Positions 36,193 through 47,412 of a stretch of 64,000 nucleotides of DNA are shown one piece after another (positions within the stretch are counted from its first letter, which is position 1; each line of letters starts with the position of its first letter). The stretch covers positions 1 through 64,000 of IMG/VR virus record IMGVR_UViG_3300023198_000833, one strand, 5' to 3'. Position numbers and translations under genes: made by a program. A model generated the notes under the pieces. That model saw nothing but the letters and a program-made list of their open reading frames with translations. It ran no database searches and was not told where the DNA came from. Source of the DNA: a virus.

Positions 36193-38686
36193 GATTCACC
36201 GTTATATCATAGGATTGCCAACTATCGTAACCGTCTCGTACTGCTGTCAAAACAAATCGGAGCGAAGTATTGAGAGGACTGCCCGATGGTATACTGCTGT
36301 CTGCCATTTCATCTTCAACAGAATAAGTATACGTTTCTCCAGTTAAGCCTGATTCCGTTCTCACGAGAGTGTCACTTTCATTATATATTTTTAGCGTATA
36401 AGTATTATTCGTTTCAGGAGTAATACTCGCTGCACTGTGTAATACGATTTCATCAGCTTGAGTTAGTCTATTTCGATGATTCCAAGTAATTGTAGGTTGC
36501 CCACTGAATGAAGCAGGATAGCTTACGCTATTAACTTTTAAATCACCGGGCGGGTATGGTCGAATCATTCTATCATCAAATGCAGTTGCAGTATATATCG
36601 AAGCTGAGCCTTCAGCAAATTGACCTTTAGAAGTACGAGGTAATATTTTAACTGCAGGCGTATCACCATTCGTATATTCACTACCGCCGATTGCACTTCT
36701 TGCACCAATAAACCAAACACGAGTTGTTGATGCATGAGCAGCCGGTACTGTATCAAGTACACCGCGTGATACGTTTACAATTAATGTATCTTCGTCGATT
36801 GAATTTATTAAAACACATTCATTTTCGATCAATGCATACGTGCCAACATACTCCTCATCTATATCGTATTCTCCAGTCAACGTGATATCTATATCTGCTG
36901 CGCTTAATGGCATCGAGCCTACCAGTGTTCCGGTTGGTGTAAAATCGCTATCGCCATCTGAAATAAAATCATCACCTACTTCATCTCGAACTAATAACTC
37001 GTAATCAAGAGCATCAGTCGACGGCGTCATAGCTGCCACCATTAGGAAAGCAGTATTCGCATCCAGTAATGCGGTTGCTTCAGAACCGTAAGCAATTAAG
37101 ATATCATAATACGGTACTTCAGTTAATACGCGAGCCGGCGCCGCAGCTGGTTCTGATATTGGATCAGTCCATCCTGAAGAGGGTACATCAGAATATAAAG
37201 CTGAACCGGGTTTATAAATATCTTCAGTACATTGTAAGATTATATCGCCTTCAGTTAATGACCCATAGTCCACTGTCACCACTCGTAATATTAATTGGTC
37301 GATTCCTAATTTTGGCCAAGTAAGTATGAATATATCGTTAGGTCGTATATGCTGCATTGTTCGCTTACATCTGAGTTTGATATTTGGAACGTTACTCGAA
37401 GCTTGTCGTAGTTCTCGTTGAGCTAATTTAATAGCCAAAGTATCATCATGAACGCATTTAAAATCTGTCTCCATTGAGACGATCTCTCCTTCTCTATCAA
37501 TCATCGCAATATCGTGTACTGTTACTGATACTTTTGAGCCAGTTAAATAATCCCGATAATGCACTGTAACTTCATTCGTAATTTTATTAGTCAGTTCTCG
37601 ATAAAATTCTTCAACTTCGATAATATCATCTGTTGAGAAAGTTTCTAAATACGGAATCGAATAATCATCTCTGGCTAAGTTAAGTGTAAACTTACCAGTT
37701 GTTAAATCTTCGTTACATACGCCGTTTATAACACTGAGAACGTACTCAATAAATTTGTCTAACGGCATTGCTTTTGGGTTCCACTCATAAGAAATCCCAA
37801 AGTCTTCATCGTATAGCGTATCAGCTGACGCCTCAAAAGACGTTGAATCGATACGACTCGTTGAATGCGCTAACCCAAATATATTACTTGTCATAGCCTC
37901 TCTAATAACGTGCGCTGGGTTTAGTGCATTATTTATCTCTGCTTTTGCAATGTACCATTGAGCTGTTCCGTCTGTTAAAACATCTGTACGTTTACAGAAA
38001 AACTCGCATTCTTGCGGTGTTGGATTAGTACCATAATAAAACTTGTAAAGAATAACTCCAACTACGCCACGTGATGCTGGGATATCTGAACCCATTGCAG
38101 CTGTTAAATATGAATGCGGCGATTGAGTAGAATATCCGTATTGTATTCTTATTCGACCGTTTACTCCACCCATCGATTTATCACCGCCGAATAAACTTTT
38201 AGCACTAACCCAAAAAGCAGTTGTACCATCGGCAGCTAACGTCGATAAGCTATTAACTGTTGGTGCTATAACATGTCGTCCCATACTTATTCTTTTAACA
38301 CCATCGATAGGACCAAGAGAAAGTTTGAAATGCGCAGTATACTTATATTTCCAGCCAGCTACGAAATATTTTTTCTTTGTATTAAACGGCCCACCGCGTT
38401 TAGTTGTTCGATGATAATGATCCCAAATAGCTTTGGTTTCAATATCGCCCCACCAAGATATTAAATAGCTCTTAATAAGACAAGACCCAAAGACTACTGA
38501 ATACGGCCGTCCTTCTTCAATAGATGGAATCTCTACATCTAACGGTTTTATGTCCGGTGGAGCCTTTTCGCCTTTATGACTTAAATACCAAACAGCCATT
38601 GAAATTCCAGCGGCTATCGCTGCTTGATAAAGCATCGATAATAGAATAGCGCTTAAACCGCCATCTGCTAATATCATATCATTCAT
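36185..38686 (-). CDS. tail fibre / host-specificity protein (833 aa)
   Basis: Size and position at the distal end of the tail module. Confidence 0.4.
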   Translation of the reverse strand: MNDMILADGGLSAILLSMLYQAAIAAGISMAVWYLSHKGEKAPPDIKPLDVEIPSIEEGRPYSVVFGSCLIKSYLISWWGDIETKAIWDHYHRTTKRGGPFNTKKKYFVAGWKYKYTAHFKLSLGPIDGVKRISMGRHVIAPTVNSLSTLAADGTTAFWVSAKSLFGGDKSMGGVNGRIRIQYGYSTQSPHSYLTAAMGSDIPASRGVVGVILYKFYYGTNPTPQECEFFCKRTDVLTDGTAQWYIAKAEINNALNPAHVIREAMTSNIFGLAHSTSRIDSTSFEASADTLYDEDFGISYEWNPKAMPLDKFIEYVLSVINGVCNEDLTTGKFTLNLARDDYSIPYLETFSTDDIIEVEEFYRELTNKITNEVTVHYRDYLTGSKVSVTVHDIAMIDREGEIVSMETDFKCVHDDTLAIKLAQRELRQASSNVPNIKLRCKRTMQHIRPNDIFILTWPKLGIDQLILRVVTVDYGSLTEGDIILQCTEDIYKPGSALYSDVPSSGWTDPISEPAAAPARVLTEVPYYDILIAYGSEATALLDANTAFLMVAAMTPSTDALDYELLVRDEVGDDFISDGDSDFTPTGTLVGSMPLSAADIDITLTGEYDIDEEYVGTYALIENECVLINSIDEDTLIVNVSRGVLDTVPAAHASTTRVWFIGARSAIGGSEYTNGDTPAVKILPRTSKGQFAEGSASIYTATAFDDRMIRPYPPGDLKVNSVSYPASFSGQPTITWNHRNRLTQADEIVLHSAASITPETNNTYTLKIYNESDTLVRTESGLTGETYTYSVEDEMADSSIPSGSPLNTSLRFVLTAVRDGYDSWQSYDITVNRV

Positions 38687-39502
38687 TTATATCCTCTTAT
38701 ATGCAATGGGCTGACCGTATAGTTCTCGTGTAGGCAATTTTACATCGCCCCAGAAATTATCTAAATTTGCAAACTTGTTCTTACAAGTAGTCGGTGTATG
38801 ATCACAACCAGCTAAAGCTCCGAAACTGTTACCAACGATTGCTCCAACTATTGGTTCAGTTATTGTAATCGTATTCGTAACATGCGTCAAAATCATACGT
38901 TGCTTATTTAAACTGTTTATAAATATTTTACCGCCAACAAACCACCCATCCGCTTTAGTTGCAAATGCAGCGCTTGTTATCGTTATCGTTGAGATTGTAT
39001 CGATAGTTCCATTGACTTGAAACGCTGTAGGATTAACTCTACAAAATGTTCCGTACAGTGGAACGTTACATAATCGACAGGATATTCTCGCACGCCTCGC
39101 ACGCTTCAAATTTGTAGTTACGGGTTCAGCTAAAACGACAGCGTCTTTACTTTGTTTGAATCGAATCGAATTCAATACTAAATTTCTATACTCTATAAAA
39201 TTTAGACCGTGACCGCGATAGATAGTAACGTACACTGGGTATTCTGGGGCGGCTGCAACGAACCCAGAGATCGCGGGATTATCAAAATCAGTAGTTATCT
39301 CTACTTCATTTCGAGTTGAAACACCCATTAACTTTATTGCATTTCGACTTATACGATAAGTGGGTGACCAATCGTATCCAGCATAGGTAATTATTTCCCC
39401 GCAAGAGGTCTGACGATAATGATCTCCAGCTTGAGAATACCAGTGATATAATTCAACAGGTTGACCGCTTGCAACACTTTCTTCAGAAGCTTCATATGTC
39501 AT
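38687..39502 (-). CDS. tail tip protein (271 aa)
   Basis: Tail module position. Confidence 0.35.
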   Translation of the reverse strand: MTYEASEESVASGQPVELYHWYSQAGDHYRQTSCGEIITYAGYDWSPTYRISRNAIKLMGVSTRNEVEITTDFDNPAISGFVAAAPEYPVYVTIYRGHGLNFIEYRNLVLNSIRFKQSKDAVVLAEPVTTNLKRARRARISCRLCNVPLYGTFCRVNPTAFQVNGTIDTISTITITSAAFATKADGWFVGGKIFINSLNKQRMILTHVTNTITITEPIVGAIVGNSFGALAGCDHTPTTCKNKFANLDNFWGDVKLPTRELYGQPIAYKRI

Positions 39503-41172
39503 TGTTCTATTCTCACAAAGTTTAAACGTGATTCATTTTTAAAGCACTTAATCCATTTGATTTCAACTTCATCTGAAGCAAGTCGATACTTATCTAAAAA
39601 ACATATTTCACAATCTCCAATGCTTACATCCACCCCTAAAGAAGTATCGATACTTACGATCTCTTCGCTTCCAGATTCGGTTATCCCAGTTATCTCTCGA
39701 TAAATGTTGGTGCCATCAGGAAATATAAACGCTAAGTCTGTTCTTAAAGAATTAAGACCCATGTTATCAGCTAATCCAATATTGTCAATTGTAAAGGTCG
39801 TTTCAGCTTGACCAATAAATTGCGTTTGCACTAAATCAGCTTTAAAAGTTGGAATCCAAACCAGACCTTGTCGACCTTTTAACGAATGTAAAAACAATCT
39901 ATAGTTCCAACATTCTTCTTTTGTATAATTTTTAAAGATATGCGATTGTGTAACTACGTTATAGTCACTATCTGAAAAAATGTTAAACTTACCTGTGCCA
40001 GAATCTACAATTGTTATTTCTGCATTATGATCGATCTCTTGAGTTCCATCAGTATATGTTGCGGCTGTAAGAACTGTATTGCCTTTATATGTTTCATCAG
40101 CTGTGAAGCCAGTTAATTCAATATTATCAGTTGCAAGAAATTGACAGTTGATATGCGAAAATCCATCAGCAGCTTGCCGGCCTTTAATCGATGTAGGCAT
40201 CTGCATTATTCGTACTGGCATAATTACTTTAGTGCCAGAGTATGTACTTTGAACTGGAGCTTCTAAATTCAATACTGAATCTGTTTTAGTATCGATTTTT
40301 ATGATTTCAAAGTTATCTTGATCTTGATAGATTAACGCCATACTCTCGTCTCTAAAATCAGCGAAAGTCGTATCTATGGTTATGCTCATAGCGCCGGCTG
40401 TTATTGTAGTTGAATGTTCAACCCACTCTGCCCAAACAGGTACGCCCCAAATTAATTTCTGCCATGTAAATATGGCCGACTCAAACGTAGCTTGTCTCTG
40501 TTCAGTCGATAAGAATACTGCAAGATTAAAAAATTGTCTAGGAATATATCGTAATGATATGCGCTGTTCTTTGCCGCTTTTACCTTTAAGTATTTGTGTT
40601 AGCCAACTTAACTTTTCAGTCATGCCAACTAAAGGTTCCCAGCCAAAAGTAATTATTCGAGTTCCAGTTATTATAAGAACTGGAAGTTCAGATGCGAAAT
40701 CAAATGTTATAGTAGATAAGATTTCGACTGAACCGTCTTTAGGTACATCGATCTCATAATCTAAATACTCTAATCCTTGCATCGTGTATGGAGCAGCTTG
40801 GCCCGTTAAAACGAATTCAGCAGGGTTCGTTTTATTAATAGCTGTAAAAGTTTTCGATACGAACCATGAATTCCACAAAATAAATTCTTGGTTAATTGGA
40901 GCCAATACTGGGCCCAGTGGAATGACTAATGGATTAAGATGAATACGATAATAATAATCATCAAGAAAAGTTTCGACCTTAGTTCCTATTTCAGCTGTCG
41001 CGTTCATACCTATATCGACATACGTTTGTTGACTATTACCGATAAGAGGAACGGATGAAACTGGAGTTTTTAAAGTAGGTGCGTCTTTATCTTGGTTTTG
41101 TATCGTTTGTGAACATATTAAGCTATTATCCACAAATACTCCAGAATTTAAAACGCCATTATAATTCGCCAT
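39499..41172 (-). CDS. tail tip/baseplate protein (557 aa)
   Basis: Tail module position. Confidence 0.35.
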   Translation of the reverse strand: MANYNGVLNSGVFVDNSLICSQTIQNQDKDAPTLKTPVSSVPLIGNSQQTYVDIGMNATAEIGTKVETFLDDYYYRIHLNPLVIPLGPVLAPINQEFILWNSWFVSKTFTAINKTNPAEFVLTGQAAPYTMQGLEYLDYEIDVPKDGSVEILSTITFDFASELPVLIITGTRIITFGWEPLVGMTEKLSWLTQILKGKSGKEQRISLRYIPRQFFNLAVFLSTEQRQATFESAIFTWQKLIWGVPVWAEWVEHSTTITAGAMSITIDTTFADFRDESMALIYQDQDNFEIIKIDTKTDSVLNLEAPVQSTYSGTKVIMPVRIMQMPTSIKGRQAADGFSHINCQFLATDNIELTGFTADETYKGNTVLTAATYTDGTQEIDHNAEITIVDSGTGKFNIFSDSDYNVVTQSHIFKNYTKEECWNYRLFLHSLKGRQGLVWIPTFKADLVQTQFIGQAETTFTIDNIGLADNMGLNSLRTDLAFIFPDGTNIYREITGITESGSEEIVSIDTSLGVDVSIGDCEICFLDKYRLASDEVEIKWIKCFKNESRLNFVRIEQ

Positions 41173-42182
41173 TACGAAACTTTCTTAAAAGCAAAACCAG
41201 TATTTACATTTAGAACGTCCGCTACATCTGCTACGCTATCAGCTGGGAACACTAACCATTCATCGCCGCCGTATGTTATAACATCAGCTGGGTCATAGTT
41301 AAGAACGTTTAAAACTCTTACTCCAGCGGGCTCTCCAAGTAGTGTATAGTTACTATCACTTCTTTCAAGAAAAACGTACGCTGGACAGAATGCTGGGATA
41401 TTATTATAAAAGTTCGGAGACTTCTCCCAAAAATGCGAAGCAATTTGCGCTTGTGAAAAAACCGCATTAGCTCTTTGAGAGGCAACCGCGGGAAACATTA
41501 TTTCAGGAGAGGAAGAAGCTTCAGCAACTCTCCAGTCTGCAGTACTGTCTGCATCTACGTAAACAGCTCCGTGAACGTCGCCTGCTACTAATCCTGAAAG
41601 GTAATGCGGTACATACCAAGCCGAAGAATTTGTATATTCGTAATATGGATCAAGTGTTTGATAGGACGCTGTGAAAAACATCCCACCAGTATACACGCCT
41701 TCTTTATCTAGCATTCCAAAAGACATGAACTGAAAAATACCTGAAGTTATTTCAACGACTATATTCACGGTGTTATTTTCAGAAAAGAAATGATATGACG
41801 GAATGGCGGTTACCGACACTGGACTGATACACATTCCAAAAGAGTCGCCACCCTGTGCGATATTTAATGCATAGCCCGGTTGCTTATCCCAGTCGTTACC
41901 ACCATTGTATCCAGTTGAACCATTAACTATGATTCCAGTGACTGCACCATTTACGCCGTTTGTATTATCTTCGGTTATAGTAGCTCCGTATTCATCAGTC
42001 GCTGACCTAAAATTAAAATACATAGTAGTTAAGCCAGTGCCCGGACTTTTTTGAACGTGCAAACGATCGCCGGTTCCGTCTGAAGTGTATGAGTTTACTG
42101 ACCAACCATCGGCTATTAAAAATAATCTTAATTTGTCAAGTAGGTCATCAGGACCCGTTGACGTTCCCGTTTGATAAGACAT
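41172..42182 (-). CDS. tail tip protein (336 aa)
   Basis: Tail module position. Gly/Ser/Thr-rich beta-type composition. Confidence 0.35.
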   Translation of the reverse strand: MSYQTGTSTGPDDLLDKLRLFLIADGWSVNSYTSDGTGDRLHVQKSPGTGLTTMYFNFRSATDEYGATITEDNTNGVNGAVTGIIVNGSTGYNGGNDWDKQPGYALNIAQGGDSFGMCISPVSVTAIPSYHFFSENNTVNIVVEITSGIFQFMSFGMLDKEGVYTGGMFFTASYQTLDPYYEYTNSSAWYVPHYLSGLVAGDVHGAVYVDADSTADWRVAEASSSPEIMFPAVASQRANAVFSQAQIASHFWEKSPNFYNNIPAFCPAYVFLERSDSNYTLLGEPAGVRVLNVLNYDPADVITYGGDEWLVFPADSVADVADVLNVNTGFAFKKVS

Positions 42183-42185
42183 TCT

Positions 42186-43226
42186 TTACTCCTTTTTGAT
42201 ACACATGAAATCAGCTCTATCTGCATTCGGCGCTATTGGAAACGCGATGTACGTATCACCGTTTATTGTAAAAGTATCTTCAGCTGCAATTCCACCAAAA
42301 CCAGGTACCGCAAAGCAGCCTTGTAATTCTCCAAAAATATTATTGTTTGGATTTTGCATCATCACGATTAATGGAAAAATCGGATATGATCCATCGAGAT
42401 TTTCTCGTAATGCAGTAGAGAAAATATTATACGGCATATCGTCACCGCCGCTTGTAGAATATGTTGATGAACAGTACGGCCAAACAGTATTCGTAGATCC
42501 ATATACAGTAAGAGATGTTCGATTAGCTGTCTTTATCCATGAAGTCCCTTGTAATATTTTTAAAGATGATCTATCCGAAGCATCCGCATCAACAGCTCCT
42601 GTACAAACCTCTGCACCGTCGCCGTCAGGATTCGGAAAGCCACGATGCTCTGCTTCGACTGAACTGTATCGAGGTGCTCCAGCACCGTCAGAGAAACTTC
42701 CACCTACAACTAAGGGATACGGAAATTGAGTTGGTAAACCGTACGGTAATGCAAAACCTTGATATAACATTTCATACGAAGTTGAGACCTTAGCAATTAC
42801 GACATATCGTCGACCGTTTGCCAAGAACCAGTAATCTATCGGGTCATCCCACATAAGTAACTTGGGCCAACAACCTTGAACACTGCCTGGTTGAAGTTGC
42901 ATAGTCTGTCCAGACACGAAGCCAGTCATTCCGTTTAGCTTCCAATTGTAGTAATCGTCGCCCGCGTGATAGTAGGTTTGAATACCTGTAAAAATCTCAT
43001 CAACTCCAGAAGCACCGGGACCGTTAGCAATCATTTCATAGCCACCGTCTGCATCAAAGTTAGTATCCCATCTTTCAATTGTCCAACCTTCTCCAGATGC
43101 TTGCGGACTTAACTCCGATATTGAAGTATCTCCAGATGCAATTGCTCGAGCTGGGTTACTAATAAAATCTTTAAGACGTAATAGCAACTCTCTGTAATCA
43201 GTAGCCGTTCCTATTTCATAAGCCAT
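42186..43226 (-). CDS. distal tail protein (346 aa)
   Basis: Immediately downstream of the tape measure gene. Confidence 0.35.
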   Translation of the reverse strand: MAYEIGTATDYRELLLRLKDFISNPARAIASGDTSISELSPQASGEGWTIERWDTNFDADGGYEMIANGPGASGVDEIFTGIQTYYHAGDDYYNWKLNGMTGFVSGQTMQLQPGSVQGCWPKLLMWDDPIDYWFLANGRRYVVIAKVSTSYEMLYQGFALPYGLPTQFPYPLVVGGSFSDGAGAPRYSSVEAEHRGFPNPDGDGAEVCTGAVDADASDRSSLKILQGTSWIKTANRTSLTVYGSTNTVWPYCSSTYSTSGGDDMPYNIFSTALRENLDGSYPIFPLIVMMQNPNNNIFGELQGCFAVPGFGGIAAEDTFTINGDTYIAFPIAPNADRADFMCIKKE

Positions 43227-43235
43227 ATTTTATTC

Positions 43236-45725
43236 CTACAATAAGTCGTGTCTTTTCATTGTGTTAAGTATTACTGTATCGCCTTCAGGACTATCCATAG
43301 CTCCAACGATTTCTGTTTTATCGAAAATATTATTGACTGTTACTTTCGGTTCAACATTAATATTAGGTTGTGCAGCTTTCACTCCCAGCTCTCCACCGTT
43401 CGTTCTGGTTAGTGGCATAATCGCTTCAGGTTTCTTTTCTCCAATTAAAGCTGTATTGCCATTTGCAGTCGGTAAGAAGGTTGGGCCCATTGCAACTCCA
43501 CCTGAAGCAAATGGAATAATTTTACCCATTCCGTATAAAGCTCCAGCCGCATGCGCTGGATATATGTTTTGTGTTCCGCCGCCGCCAGTGTCTGTAGGAG
43601 CGCCGCCTATTCCAAGCGCAGACATAATCATTTTAGCAAGCATCATTCGAACTATCATACGCGCTAAGTCAGCTAAGATACTTACAGCTAATGCCTTGAA
43701 ATCCGCCTTACCTGTCATCATAAAATCAGTGATAGCATCAGCTGTTGAATTTAAGGCGTTAACTGCTACGTCAGAAACTCGATTCCAAGTATCGGTTGTT
43801 GTCTCTAACCAACTGTTCAAACTCTGCATACTTGTAGTGACTCGGTTCGCCATCTTTTCTTGAGTTGTTAACTGTCGAGTTAAATCGTCTTCTTCCTGCG
43901 TCGCTTGCGGAACAAATTTAGCTGGCAGATAATTTGAGCCAGAACCTGTAGGAACTGTTATCGGTTTGATATCTGCACCAGCAAACTTATCTTCGATATC
44001 TTGGATCGCTTGGTCCGTTGTTTCAACAAGGAAAGCCATTTGTCGATCGTACTCTTTAGTGTTCTCTTCAATCTCTTTAGTTAAATCTTGAAAATCTTTA
44101 GTGGCTGACATATTTAACTTGTGAATATGATCGCCCAATTCTTCAAAGCCTAAATCTTTACCGAGTACATTTTCCCACCATCCTAAACTTTCTTGTACTG
44201 AAATTAAAAACGACGCCCATTCCAGTTTTAATAAAGCAATTCCTTTTGACCAAGTTTGGCGAATTTTTAATACACCATCTTTAAACGCGAACTTTATAAG
44301 AATCCATGAAGCCATTATTGTTTGAGCTAGTTTTTCCATCCAAATTGCAAACGGCTTTATATTTTCTCGAGCCCAAGCGCTTAAGCGCCAACTTGCAACT
44401 GCAACCCCAATTCCAATTAGAGCTATGCTTAAAGCTGTCGCTGCTCCGGCTGCGGCAAACATAGCTACTTTCAAAAGGATTATACCTTGAAGTAATTTAC
44501 CTACAACAAGCAATGCTGGTCCGACGGCTGCTGTCATTAATGCGAGTTCAATTATAAAGTTTTGAGTGCTATCGTTTAATCCTTCCCACCACGCTAAACC
44601 TTCCTTAATTTTTTCATTAGCCTTTATAAGTGCTGGTGCAAGTTTCTCACCGATAATTCTGGCTGCAGCTACCACGTTGTTCCAAAGTATTTTCATTTGA
44701 GAAGCGAAGCTCTTTAATTGCTTATTTGCGATCTCTTCTGTAATTCCTTGAGCACGATCTAATTCTTTTCGATAGTACGCTATTGCATCGCCCATACCGA
44801 TCAATGGCAAAATCGCTTGCTGTGATCGAGCCTGAAAACCTAACGTGGTTAAAGTAGCTACTTTCATTTCAGTTGACATTGGTCCTAACAAACCTGTTAG
44901 GTCTCTAACGATATCAGCCATTGGTCGAAGATTACGATTAGCGTCAAAGATATCAATCCCAAGATTTTTCCATGCTGCTCGGTTAGATTGAAAACCTTTT
45001 GTCATTAGCCGTAACATTCGACTAAACATATTGCCAGCCTCTTCAGCTTTAATTCCTTGATCGGCGTATGCAGCGAGAACAGCGACGCCCTCTTCAAGTT
45101 CAACATTAAATGCTTTCATTGCTGGGCCAGCTTGCGAAGTTAATGATTTAGAGAATTGTAAAGTTGATGCGTTAGCTAACGTATTCGCTCCAGTAAGAAC
45201 ATCTGAAACGCGTGTCATGTTTATCATATTTTGAGTCGCGTTTTCAACTGTCAAACCTAAAGCACTTTGAGCATCGGTTACAAGATCAGTAGCTAATGCC
45301 ATATCAAACGCACCGGCAACTGCGAATCGTTCAACAGTTGCTAATGCAGCGACGGATTGTTCGGCGGATAAACCCGCTGACGCTAAGAAGAAATAACTGC
45401 GAGCTAATTCAGTCGCCGAGGTAACTGAATTTTTTGAGATTGAGATCGCTGTCTTCTCCATCTCTGCTCGCATCGATTTTGTCGCATCTGACATAATCGC
45501 AGTTGACTTAGTCATCGCATCGTCAAAACTTGAAAAAGCTTTAACTGAGGCTACGCCTATGCCTAAAATTGGAGCCGTCACACGTAACGTTAATGTCCGT
45601 CCGACTTGTTCCATTTTTTTAGCAGTCGATTTCAATCTTGCTTCAGCAGTATTCAATTGCTTAACAAATTGAGAACCGTCTAAACGTAAATGCGCTAACA
45701 AATTACCTAAATCAAGATCTGCCAT
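43236..45725 (-). CDS. tail tape measure protein
   Basis: 829 aa. Ala-rich helical N-terminal region with a hydrophobic transmembrane-like block, and a Gly-rich C-terminus. Follows the two chaperone-like genes. Confidence 0.65.
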   Translation of the reverse strand: MADLDLGNLLAHLRLDGSQFVKQLNTAEARLKSTAKKMEQVGRTLTLRVTAPILGIGVASVKAFSSFDDAMTKSTAIMSDATKSMRAEMEKTAISISKNSVTSATELARSYFFLASAGLSAEQSVAALATVERFAVAGAFDMALATDLVTDAQSALGLTVENATQNMINMTRVSDVLTGANTLANASTLQFSKSLTSQAGPAMKAFNVELEEGVAVLAAYADQGIKAEEAGNMFSRMLRLMTKGFQSNRAAWKNLGIDIFDANRNLRPMADIVRDLTGLLGPMSTEMKVATLTTLGFQARSQQAILPLIGMGDAIAYYRKELDRAQGITEEIANKQLKSFASQMKILWNNVVAAARIIGEKLAPALIKANEKIKEGLAWWEGLNDSTQNFIIELALMTAAVGPALLVVGKLLQGIILLKVAMFAAAGAATALSIALIGIGVAVASWRLSAWARENIKPFAIWMEKLAQTIMASWILIKFAFKDGVLKIRQTWSKGIALLKLEWASFLISVQESLGWWENVLGKDLGFEELGDHIHKLNMSATKDFQDLTKEIEENTKEYDRQMAFLVETTDQAIQDIEDKFAGADIKPITVPTGSGSNYLPAKFVPQATQEEDDLTRQLTTQEKMANRVTTSMQSLNSWLETTTDTWNRVSDVAVNALNSTADAITDFMMTGKADFKALAVSILADLARMIVRMMLAKMIMSALGIGGAPTDTGGGGTQNIYPAHAAGALYGMGKIIPFASGGVAMGPTFLPTANGNTALIGEKKPEAIMPLTRTNGGELGVKAAQPNINVEPKVTVNNIFDKTEIVGAMDSPEGDTVILNTMKRHDLL

Positions 45726-45726
45726 A

Positions 45727-46002
45727 TTATTTCCTTTTAAGAATACCTAAACCTTTTAGCCAGAAAGATTTCGATTTATTAAGGTTCGCCTTTCGCTGAT
45801 CTTCTTTACTTATAAACTTAATAACGAAATCCTCTACCTTTACTTTTTCAGGTTTCTTAACGATCGTACGTCGAACTTCAGCTGCAATTTGAGCAAGATA
45901 AAAATACAGTGGATTAAATCTATTAGGCTCTTCATTTAAATACTGAACCCAATTAACAAACTCACTGGATGTTGTCTGCTTCTTAACCAACTGAACCGGC
46001 AA
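45727..46002 (-). CDS. tail assembly chaperone-like protein (91 aa)
   Basis: Position between the major tail and tape measure genes. Confidence 0.3.
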   Translation of the reverse strand: MPVQLVKKQTTSSEFVNWVQYLNEEPNRFNPLYFYLAQIAAEVRRTIVKKPEKVKVEDFVIKFISKEDQRKANLNKSKSFWLKGLGILKRK

Positions 46003-46046
46003 CCCGAGGTGAGACGCGAGCCGATACCAACTCCACGCCTCACCCT

Positions 46047-46418
46047 CTAAACGTTTTTTGGTTCTTCATTTAAGTCACTCAATTCTTGAGCGGTTTCAAA
46101 TAAAGCTGTTAGTACGTGTGCCGGATACTTTTGAATTGCCTCTCTTCCAACAGGCATATCGTTACTGTCAAATAAACACATTGACACGAGTTCAGCTTGA
46201 AGGCCTTTTAAACTCGACACGTCTTGAACCTTGCCATCTCGCACTGTCATACGTGAACGTACGAACTCAAGCCAAACATCTCGGCCTTCGCCGATTAGCT
46301 CTTTTAGCGTGTAATTCGATTTCAAATCGTCCTCGTCTTTTAAAACTATTTCTCGTGTTCTTAATACTAATGAAAATTCTAATACATCGGCCATTTTTAA
46401 TCCTTTCCACATTTGCAT
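46047..46418 (-). CDS. tail assembly chaperone-like protein (123 aa)
   Basis: Position. Confidence 0.3.
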   Translation of the reverse strand: MQMWKGLKMADVLEFSLVLRTREIVLKDEDDLKSNYTLKELIGEGRDVWLEFVRSRMTVRDGKVQDVSSLKGLQAELVSMCLFDSNDMPVGREAIQKYPAHVLTALFETAQELSDLNEEPKNV

Positions 46419-46521
46419 GATTAATACTGCCTTTTAAAGCGATAACAGGACCTCGTAGAAGCCCATATAAGCTTTTTCTATATTGGCCGTATTAATTATA
46501 TGCAGTCTTATTAACTTTTCA

Positions 46522-46968
46522 TTACGCGGCTGCGTACACAGGCGCTGTCTCGGCACCAGCAAGATTCTGATTCCCCGGCTGAATCGTAATCGTTGCAGTA
46601 GGCTGCTCACCTTCAACCATATTACCCGGAACGAATTTATCGAGCCATCCAAAAAAGGCAACGGTTGAGCCGTCTGGGAACGTGATTGTGATTAACTGAT
46701 TTGTACTGATCATAGCAACGATGTCATCGTAAAACCTTGGATCGTAGCTTGCGACTAAGGTCATTTCCGTCATCGTGATCAGTTGCTTTGGTGCCATCGT
46801 TCGGTATGTGGAATTTCGCATGGTGGTGGTATCGTTTGCTCCACCTGAGTCCATTCCCGGAGGCGTCACTTCCTTTTCCCAGAAAGTAATCGTCGGCCCC
46901 GTGCCCGAAGGCTGATTGGCAAACTCTATTGTAGTTGGATGTCCGTCGTCAATGCGACTCATAAGCAT
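46522..46968 (-). CDS. putative major tail (tube) protein (148 aa)
   Basis: Position upstream of the chaperones. Beta-rich composition. Confidence 0.4.
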   Translation of the reverse strand: MLMSRIDDGHPTTIEFANQPSGTGPTITFWEKEVTPPGMDSGGANDTTTMRNSTYRTMAPKQLITMTEMTLVASYDPRFYDDIVAMISTNQLITITFPDGSTVAFFGWLDKFVPGNMVEGEQPTATITIQPGNQNLAGAETAPVYAAA

Positions 46969-46977
46969 ACCCTTTCA

Positions 46978-47412
46978 TTAATTTTCTTTTACAGCTATTG
47001 TCCAATTAACGCTAAACATATAGCGTCTTTTTGTTCCGGGCTCGGTACCCATAAAAACAGGCCCGCTCCGTTTAGTAATATTTTGAATTAAGTAATCAGT
47101 AGTATTTAAAGTCTGTATTTCATTATGCACAATATCCATAGCCGTTGTAATTTCATTAATCTTAGACCAGCCCAACGCGAAATCAACGCTTCTAATTCTA
47201 AGTTGAATTCCGGGATGCTGAATAAAATCTCCGCGCATTAATTTTCCATGCTTAATTGGAGACGTATCAAAGATAGCTCCTATATTGTTTATAAGCCCGT
47301 CTGGTAAACTTGAAATATATAACGGCCAACTATCATTACTGACTTCAAACATATATCCCTCAGCGATAATAAATGCTCTTAATATTTCACAAGGAGAATC
47401 TGTTATTATCAT
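46978..47412 (-). CDS. 144-aa protein paralogous to the C-terminal domain of the giant repeat protein (tail terminator/tube-related?)
   Basis: WPLYISSLPDG, QLRIRSVDFALGWSKINEIT and GTKRRYMF match WPVYLTHLPDG, QLRIRSVDYKTGWAKINDIT and GTKRRHMF at the C-terminus of 47409..52409. Confidence 0.4.
   Translation of the reverse strand: MIITDSPCEILRAFIIAEGYMFEVSNDSWPLYISSLPDGLINNIGAIFDTSPIKHGKLMRGDFIQHPGIQLRIRSVDFALGWSKINEITTAMDIVHNEIQTLNTTDYLIQNITKRSGPVFMGTEPGTKRRYMFSVNWTIAVKEN

Noticed and set aside
45727-46418. Lambda G/GT-style programmed -1 frameshift between the two tail chaperone ORFs.
   Set aside because: The two ORFs do not overlap (gap 46003-46046), and I could not identify a slippery heptamer by eye. 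Not claimed.
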